Source: Anaerohalosphaeraceae bacterium
GTDB taxonomy: Bacteria; Planctomycetota; Phycisphaerae; Sedimentisphaerales; Anaerohalosphaeraceae
Assembly (NCBI GenBank): GCA_050309605.1
Contig: JBNRMN010000082.1
Location: forward strand, 22,249 to 86,248
DNA length: 64,000 bases
Direction: 5' to 3'
The position numbers and the translations under genes are program-made. The notes beneath the pieces are model-generated. The model was not told the origin of the DNA, searched no databases, and was given only the letters and a program-made list of their open reading frames with translations. Shown in pieces: positions 58,399 to 64,000 of the stretch; the first letter of the stretch is position 1, and each line of letters begins with the position of its first letter.

Positions 58399-59787
58399 TC
58401 ACAGCCCCAGACGTGCGGCCTCTTTTTCCAGGCCGTAACGCTTCATTTTTTTGTAAAGCGTCGTGCGGTTGATGTCCAGTGCCGTGGCGGTTTCCTGCCG
58501 GTTCCAGCCGTTGGCCTCCAGGGCCGCCCGCAGGATGGCGCGTTCCGGCCCTTCAAGGGCTTTCTTGAGGCTTTGGCCGCGGTAGCGCCGCAGATCGCCG
58601 GTTTCGGCCCGCTCTCGAATCACCGACGGCAAATCCTGTACGTCAACAAGCGGCCCTTTGCCCAGCAGCACTGTTCGTTCGACGACGTTTTCCAGCTCGC
58701 GCACATTGCCCGGCCAGGGGTACTTCTGAAGACACGCCATCGCCTTATCGGTAAAACCGCTTTTGATGCGTCCATGCAGGGCGCCGTAATACGCCAGAAA
58801 ACGCTCGGCCAGCAGCGGCACGTCCCCGGTTCGTTCCGCCAGCGGCGGCAGCACCAGTCCGACGACATTGATGCGATAATACAAATCTTCGCGAAACTGC
58901 CCCTTTCGCACCATTTCGGCCAGGTCCACGTTGGTTGCCAGAATCACACGCACATCGACGCTGACGGTCTTGTTGCTGCCGACCGGCTCAAATTGCTTTT
59001 CCTGAATCGCCCGCAGCAGCTTGACCTGCATCGCCGGTGAGGCCGTCGAAATCTCATCCAAAAACAGGGTTCCCTTATTGGCCGCCAGAAATTTGCCTTC
59101 CTTATCCCGCACCGCCCCGGTAAAGGCGCCTTTGACGTGCCCGAACAGTTCGCTTTCAAGCAGCGACTCCGGCAGCGCACCGCAACTGACCTCGACAAAC
59201 GGCCCGTTCCGCCGCGACGAACGGTAATGAATCGCTCGGGCCAGCATACTTTTGCCCGTACCGCTCGGGCCGGTCATCAGAATCGTCGTCTTGCTGTCAG
59301 CTACCGCCTCAATCAGCTCAAAGACGCGAGCCATCTTGTAGTCCTGGCTGATGACGTTGTCCAGACTGTACCTGTGTTCAAGTTGCCGGCGAAGCTGTCG
59401 GTTTTCGTCCATCAGTGCCTGCTGACGGCACGCCCGCTCAATCGTCAACAGCAAATCATCATCGACAATCGGTTTGGTCAGATAATCGTAAGCCCCTTTT
59501 TTGATCGCCTCGACGGCGCTTTGAATCGTGCCGTAATGGGTCATCAATATGACCGTCGTCTGGGGATAATGTTCCCGCACATAATCGAGCAATTCAAAGC
59601 CGCTGCCGTCGTGGAGATTCACATCCGTTAATACGACCGAAAACCGCTGTTGACCGAGTGCCTTTTTGGCCGTCGCCGAGGAGCGCATAGCCGTTACAGC
59701 ATACCCTTCACGGTTGAGAAGATCACACAGCGAGCCTAAAATGACGGCATCATCATCAACCGCTAAAATGGAACCCTTCTTACTCAT
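58399..59787 (-). CDS. Sigma54-dependent response regulator (NtrC family)
   Basis: Receiver domain (VDDD, TD, KP), GPSGTGKS, ESELFGHVKGAFTGA, FLDEI, WPGNVRELEN, Fis-type HTH. Confidence 0.93.
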   Translation of the reverse strand: MSKKGSILAVDDDAVILGSLCDLLNREGYAVTAMRSSATAKKALGQQRFSVVLTDVNLHDGSGFELLDYVREHYPQTTVILMTHYGTIQSAVEAIKKGAYDYLTKPIVDDDLLLTIERACRQQALMDENRQLRRQLEHRYSLDNVISQDYKMARVFELIEAVADSKTTILMTGPSGTGKSMLARAIHYRSSRRNGPFVEVSCGALPESLLESELFGHVKGAFTGAVRDKEGKFLAANKGTLFLDEISTASPAMQVKLLRAIQEKQFEPVGSNKTVSVDVRVILATNVDLAEMVRKGQFREDLYYRINVVGLVLPPLAERTGDVPLLAERFLAYYGALHGRIKSGFTDKAMACLQKYPWPGNVRELENVVERTVLLGKGPLVDVQDLPSVIRERAETGDLRRYRGQSLKKALEGPERAILRAALEANGWNRQETATALDINRTTLYKKMKRYGLEKEAARLGL

Positions 59788-59987
59788 GGTATTATCTATA
59801 TCATAATTGAAGAAAAAAATCAACAAGCAAGTTGAGTTTTTTCATCATCTCTGTCAAATTAACGACTGAAACCGGGGTCAAATAGTGCGGAAAAAAGTAA
59901 ATATTCGATAAATTTTCGTTTCTCAAATGAAACCAGGCCGTATAATCGTAAAGGCCTAAAAAATATATTAAAAAGCGGTGATTTGTA

Positions 59988-60015
59988 TCAACATTAGCAA
60001 TTGTTCTGCCGATAA
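59988..60015 (+). promoter_or_regulatory. Putative sigma28 (FliA-type) promoter
   Basis: Perfect GCCGATAA -10 at 60008-60015; TCAA -35-like element 16 nt upstream; precedes the PilZ gene. Confidence 0.5.
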
Positions 60016-60119
60016 TAAGAAAAACAGATTGCCTGTTCGAAAGGGATTTTAAGTCCGGTTTTGGACGGACATTATATAAGTACCATTAACCTCAAGGATG
60101 AAAGGATGAAGGTGTCGGT

Positions 60120-60515
60120 ATGAAACATGCAAACCACCTCGCCGAGGTTTTTGCGAATCCCTTTCGAACGGAGACGGCCTCCACCCGGAACGAACGTCGG
60201 CGAAATCTGCGAAAACCGCTCCAATTACCGGTTTATTGTCAAAAGGTGGCCGCTCAGGACGGACGGCTGTTAAGCGGCAATACCGTCAACATCAGTCCCT
60301 GCGGCGTGCTGGTCAGGATGCAGGGTTCGACCTTGCGAGACGGCGAATTGGTCAGTGTCGAAATGGCCGCGCCCGCAGGCGAGGGTTTGCTGGAGCAGGT
60401 CGGGCGATTTTCGAGTTATGCGCGAGTGGTGCGGATTGATGACCGGGATGCCGGTCTGAACAACGGAAAACAGATTGCCCTTGAATTCTGTGAATCGCCG
60501 CGATTTAGCTTCTAA
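60120..60515 (+). CDS. Single-domain PilZ protein (c-di-GMP receptor)
   Basis: ERRRNLR (RxxxR) and NISPCG ([DN]xSxxG) motifs; ARVVR..ALEF. Confidence 0.85.
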   Translation: MKHANHLAEVFANPFRTETASTRNERRRNLRKPLQLPVYCQKVAAQDGRLLSGNTVNISPCGVLVRMQGSTLRDGELVSVEMAAPAGEGLLEQVGRFSSYARVVRIDDRDAGLNNGKQIALEFCESPRFSF

Positions 60516-60566
60516 ACCGCCGTCGTTTTGCACCCTGATACCCAAAACGCAAATGTTGCTTATCTC

Positions 60567-60591
60567 ACCGGTCGAATAGGCCGGTTTTTTT
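60567..60591 (+). terminator. Intrinsic terminator
   Basis: ACCGGTC-GAATA-GGCCGGT followed by a T run. Confidence 0.75.
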
Positions 60592-60607
60592 ATTGCTTGC
60601 CGGACGG

Positions 60608-60635
60608 TTGACATTTCTGTTGCGGGCTTTAGAAT
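60608..60635 (+). promoter_or_regulatory. Putative sigma70 promoter, very short leader
   Basis: TTGACA-16 nt-TAGAAT ending 10 nt before ATG 60646. Confidence 0.55.
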
Positions 60636-60645
60636 TCAAAATACC

Positions 60646-61452
60646 ATGAAGCCGGGTCGGGTTTACATTTCGATATTGATACTATGGATAACGCTCTTAA
60701 GCGGCTGTGTCGAAGAGCAATCCTCCAAACCGCCGATTGCCCTCGAAGGGATCCGAGTCAGCGACCTGATGCCTACCGTGGGTCAAGAGCCGCTTGAGGT
60801 GATATCATTTTTGATGACCACCTATCTCGTCGATGAACAAGGCATGCTGATGGTGCACGCTTGTTTGGATGATTTATCTGCTCAGCCGATTCGTTTCAGG
60901 GCCGAAGAAGCGTTTGAAAAAAACGGATTGTTTGCCGCAATGGGTATCGGTCTTCAGATTCACTCGTTGGTTGAATGTTTCCGCCGTCCAGGCATTCGGC
61001 AGCAGGAGCAGGGGCGGTTGGCGATGAACCCTGGATATGAACTGCCCTTTGGCGATGTTTCTGTCCTCGGATCGCAGGAGATAACCTCTTTTGAAGCCGA
61101 TGGTTCGGATACGAAGGCCGTGCTTGCCAGCGGCCGGCTGGGCTGGTCGCTGTCAGCCCGTCCGGACTCGGCGGTGCCGGGGCGGATTGCCGCGATGTTC
61201 GAACCGGTATTTACTCCCTGGGCAGTCGAGCAGTGGTCAAAACTGGACGACTTGTCTCGTAGAATGACCCGCCGATTTGAGGCGGGGCGGTTTGGCGCAC
61301 TGCTGCGCGCCGGAGATTTTATTGTGTTGGGGCCTCGACACGCAGCCATCGATGAATTTACGGATCTTGAGCGGCTGCTTTTTGTCCAGCCGGAGGAACC
61401 GGACACATTTCGGATTTATGTGATTTTGTGTGTTGATGCGGAGTTGGGATGA
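60646..61452 (+). CDS. Hypothetical lipoprotein
   Basis: Signal peptide II with lipobox LLSG|C. Confidence 0.7.
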   Translation: MKPGRVYISILILWITLLSGCVEEQSSKPPIALEGIRVSDLMPTVGQEPLEVISFLMTTYLVDEQGMLMVHACLDDLSAQPIRFRAEEAFEKNGLFAAMGIGLQIHSLVECFRRPGIRQQEQGRLAMNPGYELPFGDVSVLGSQEITSFEADGSDTKAVLASGRLGWSLSARPDSAVPGRIAAMFEPVFTPWAVEQWSKLDDLSRRMTRRFEAGRFGALLRAGDFIVLGPRHAAIDEFTDLERLLFVQPEEPDTFRIYVILCVDAELG

Positions 61453-62411
61453 CCTCAACACAGCCAACGGTTGCGGTGGTGCGATGTCCCACGTATGCCC
61501 CGTCGGCGGTTCGGGAGGCGGTGGGGCGTTCACTGGCCTTGCTGGGCGGGGAGGAGCGCTTTATTCGTCCCGGCTGGCGCGTCCTGATCAAACCCAATCT
61601 CATTGTACCGGTCGGCCCGGATATTCCAGCCCAGACCCATCCGGAAATCATTTGTGCCGCGGCTGAATGGGTGCGGCAGGCGGATGCGATCCCGGTTATC
61701 GGAGATTCGCCGGCCTGGGGGTCTGTCCAATCGTGTTTATCGGCCCTGGGCGTACTCAACCGGCTTGAATACATCGGCGCCGAGATCACCCCGTTGAATC
61801 GTCCCGTGCGGCTGAAGATTGAGGGTACATCCATCGGCATCAGTCGGGCGGCCCTGGAGGCCGATGCAATCATCAATCTGCCGAAGCTCAAAGCCCATCA
61901 GCAGCTTGGAGCGACCTTTGCGTTCAAAAATATGTACGGCTGTGTGGCGGGCAAGGAAAAAGCGTTCTGGCATTTTGCCAAAGGCAAATCTTATGCGTCA
62001 TTTTGTCGTATGCTGGTAGGGGTCTATTGCCGGCTTGCGCCCGCGGTCAATCTGATCGACGGCATTGTCGCCATGGAAGGACAAGGCCCCATCAGCGGCA
62101 CGGCCCGCTCGTTGGGGGTGCTGGTGGCCGGAACCGATGCCGCGGCCTGTGAGCGAATCTGCTGTCGCTTGGTCGGCTTTGATCCGACCGAGTTGCCTAT
62201 TCTTCAGACGGCGGCGCAGATGGGCGTTGGCTGCCGCGAGGAGGACGCGATCCAGTGCGTCGGCGATCCGTGGACGGCGCCGCTGTGTCCGGATTTCAAA
62301 CCCGCCCGGCAGGTGCCGCTGCGGTTTACCTTCGGCCGCATTTGCAAAAGCATTGCCCGACAGGCCGTCCTGTTGGGCCGGGAACGATTTCGACCTTCCG
62401 GCCGCGGATAA
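61449..62411 (+). CDS. DUF362 domain protein
   Basis: VLIKPNL, THPE, IGDSP, INLPKLK.H, KNMYG, DGIVAMEG.GP. Confidence 0.88.
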   Translation: MTSTQPTVAVVRCPTYAPSAVREAVGRSLALLGGEERFIRPGWRVLIKPNLIVPVGPDIPAQTHPEIICAAAEWVRQADAIPVIGDSPAWGSVQSCLSALGVLNRLEYIGAEITPLNRPVRLKIEGTSIGISRAALEADAIINLPKLKAHQQLGATFAFKNMYGCVAGKEKAFWHFAKGKSYASFCRMLVGVYCRLAPAVNLIDGIVAMEGQGPISGTARSLGVLVAGTDAAACERICCRLVGFDPTELPILQTAAQMGVGCREEDAIQCVGDPWTAPLCPDFKPARQVPLRFTFGRICKSIARQAVLLGRERFRPSGRG

Positions 62412-63367
62412 TGAGAAATCGGGTTTATAGGAAGGTGGAGGACTTTTCCGATCCGCAAAATCCAACGATTGTAAGTGAGCAAAAGTTTTTGGTTGACATC
62501 AATAGCCAGCTTCCGGTAATATTGTGTGTAGTGGATGCAGTCAGTCCGAATCTTTTGACAAGTTCATACGTTTACGCTGATGCGCAGGTTCTGTGTCAGC
62601 GGCATCACGACCCGGTTGATCCGAACTTCTATGGTGCGTCGTATTACGTTCACGACCGGCTGGGCAGTGTGCGGCTGGTGGTGCGGTACGATGACGGGAC
62701 GCAAACGGTGCGGGCGGCCAACAGCTACACCTATACGCCGTTCGGGAGCTTCTACGAGGGATAGTGCATCGAGACGGTCGCCAACCCGTGGAAGTTCACC
62801 GGCCAGTGGCACGACGCCGAGATCGACCAATACCACCTCCGCGCCCGCCAATACGACCCCGCCATGATGCGGTTCACCAGCAGGGATCCGATGAGGGGCA
62901 AGTTTACGGAACCGGCAACGCTCCACAGATATTTATATTGTTGGAACAACCCAGTGAATTTTGTCGACTTGAATGGCGAAGCAGGCATTTCGGTGGATGC
63001 ATTGGCAACTATGGCAATTAGAGGATTTGTAGGAGCGAATACAGGATTTATTGTCGGTGTATTCAAGGGAATTATGGTGGAGTTAGCTATGGGCGAAGAC
63101 TTAAGTGCAGCTAAAATATTAGGAAGCGGTGTATCCGGTGCAATATTAGGTGCACTTACCGGCGGTTGGGGTGGATATCTTAATCCGGGGTACGAAGCTT
63201 TCATAACCAGTGGCGGCGGTAAAATATTGGCTGACATGGCTTTTACACTTGTTGCCGGCGCAATCGCCGATGTGGGAGGAGGTTCGGTTGAAGGAATGCT
63301 TACACGGAATGCAGCACATGTACTTGCGACAAATGCAATGATTGAATCTGTATATTATGGGTGGTAA
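62411..63367 (+). pseudogene. Orphan Rhs core plus C-terminal toxin cassette, N-terminally truncated, in-frame TAG at 62762-62764
   Basis: YY.HDRLGSVR, YTYTPFG, [TAG], NPWKFTGQWHD, Y.LRARQYDP...RFTSRDP, Y.YC.NNPVNFVDLNG all in one frame; lower-GC variable tail. Confidence 0.85.
62566..62682 (+). repeat. 117-bp direct repeat, copy 1 (Rhs core)
   Basis: Matches 63874-63990 with 5 mismatches. Confidence 0.95.
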
Positions 63368-63374
63368 CTGCACA

Positions 63375-63830
63375 GTGAAAAAATTATCTTATGACATATT
63401 GGTAATTGGCATTTTAGTTGTTTTGATTCTTCCTAGCCTGATTCGATTCGCTGATGGTTTTTTCAAAATGATGGGGATGGAATATCCCGACAGTAATATC
63501 GGTCCATTTTACGTCATGTGTGTTTGCCTTTTGTCTTATTACGCATTTTTATCAGGTGGGCGACTTTTCTGGTTTGACAAAAAGACTGCATGGAACATGG
63601 TGCAAAGTTCCTTAACAAAGTCTCTTATCATGACGATTTATCTGACGGCTAGTTGCGGAATGTTCTTAAAATTGGTTCCTGTTGCAAAATTTTCCGACAT
63701 AAATTGGTATATTTGGCCTTTAAGTTATGGCTGGTTTTTGCTTTTGTCTGTTGTGCCATTTTCTGTGAAGATTTTCTTGCGACGCAAATCGGCCTGTCTT
63801 ACACACCCACCTGACGGCCAAAGTCAGTGA
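63375..63830 (+). CDS. Putative Rhs immunity protein (about 4 TM)
   Basis: AT-rich ORF starting 7 nt after the Rhs toxin stop (GTG start); hydrophobic. Confidence 0.65.
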   Translation: MKKLSYDILVIGILVVLILPSLIRFADGFFKMMGMEYPDSNIGPFYVMCVCLLSYYAFLSGGRLFWFDKKTAWNMVQSSLTKSLIMTIYLTASCGMFLKLVPVAKFSDINWYIWPLSYGWFLLLSVVPFSVKIFLRRKSACLTHPPDGQSQ

Positions 63831-63873
63831 CTTGTAAAGCGTGAATAGATTCGATTAGCTCTTTGAAAAACTG

Positions 63874-64000
63874 ATACGTTTACGCCGATGCGCAGGTTCT
63901 GTGTCAGCGGCATCACGACCCGGTTGATCCGAACTTCTATGATGCGTCGTATTATGCTCACGATCGGCTGGGCAGTGTGCGGCTGGTGGTTGTGCCGGAG
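63874..64000 (+). repeat. 117-bp direct repeat, copy 2 (63874-63990): start of a second orphan Rhs cassette running off the window
   Basis: YVYADAQVLCQRHHDPVDPNFYDASYYAHDRLGSVRLVV; preceded by an in-frame TGA. Confidence 0.92.

Noticed and set aside
62762..62764. Pyrrolysine or genome-wide TAG recoding
   Set aside because: Only one case, in a truncated cassette; TAG ends other genes normally (e.g. GH57, GH2, glgP, maf).
274..62926. Many long antisense or alternative-frame ORFs in the track (e.g. 19050-20126, 24110-25000, 45776-46618)
   Set aside because: They shadow well-supported genes in GC-rich coding DNA and show no recognisable motifs.
1..64000. CRISPR array, rRNA, IS/transposase, prophage
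   Set aside because: No regularly spaced repeats or corresponding genes were seen.

Overview
Chromosomal window from an anaerobic diderm bacterium. Gene content (planctomycete-type ECF/FecR pair, dockerin-like C-terminal modules ending in WL, short UvrC, Re-citrate synthase, NfnAB) suggests Planctomycetota, probably Phycisphaerae/Sedimentisphaerales; this is an inference. In order: the 3' end of holA; nfnAB; a GT4-GH57-GH133 alpha-glucan cluster; tRNA-Lys; an operon of Re-citrate synthase, HAD hydrolase, thrC and a GH2; tRNA-Leu; an ECF sigma and FecR-like anti-sigma followed by three large exported proteins that share one ConA-like domain and carry dockerin-like tails (one is an HExxH Svx/AvrXca-like protein); glgP; a second ECF/anti-sigma pair; an exported LamG protein next to a GT-C glycosyltransferase that contains a circularly permuted copy of the same LamG domain; a convergent Wzx/Wzy polysaccharide operon with pyruvyltransferase, FrhB-like and radical SAM genes; uvrC; a minimal GspE/2xGspF/pilin cluster; permease, maf, FAD oxidoreductase, lpdA, a sigma54 response regulator, PilZ, a lipoprotein and DUF362; and the start of an array of orphan Rhs toxin/immunity cassettes (117-bp direct repeat, in-frame TAG). 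No CRISPR array, rRNA or transposase was seen. The best candidates for new biology are the LamG / LamG-GT-C / polysaccharide locus, the ECF-linked trio of exported proteins, and the recurring Asp-Pro-Asn (DPN) motif in exported proteins. All family calls come from motif recognition by eye; no database search was run.
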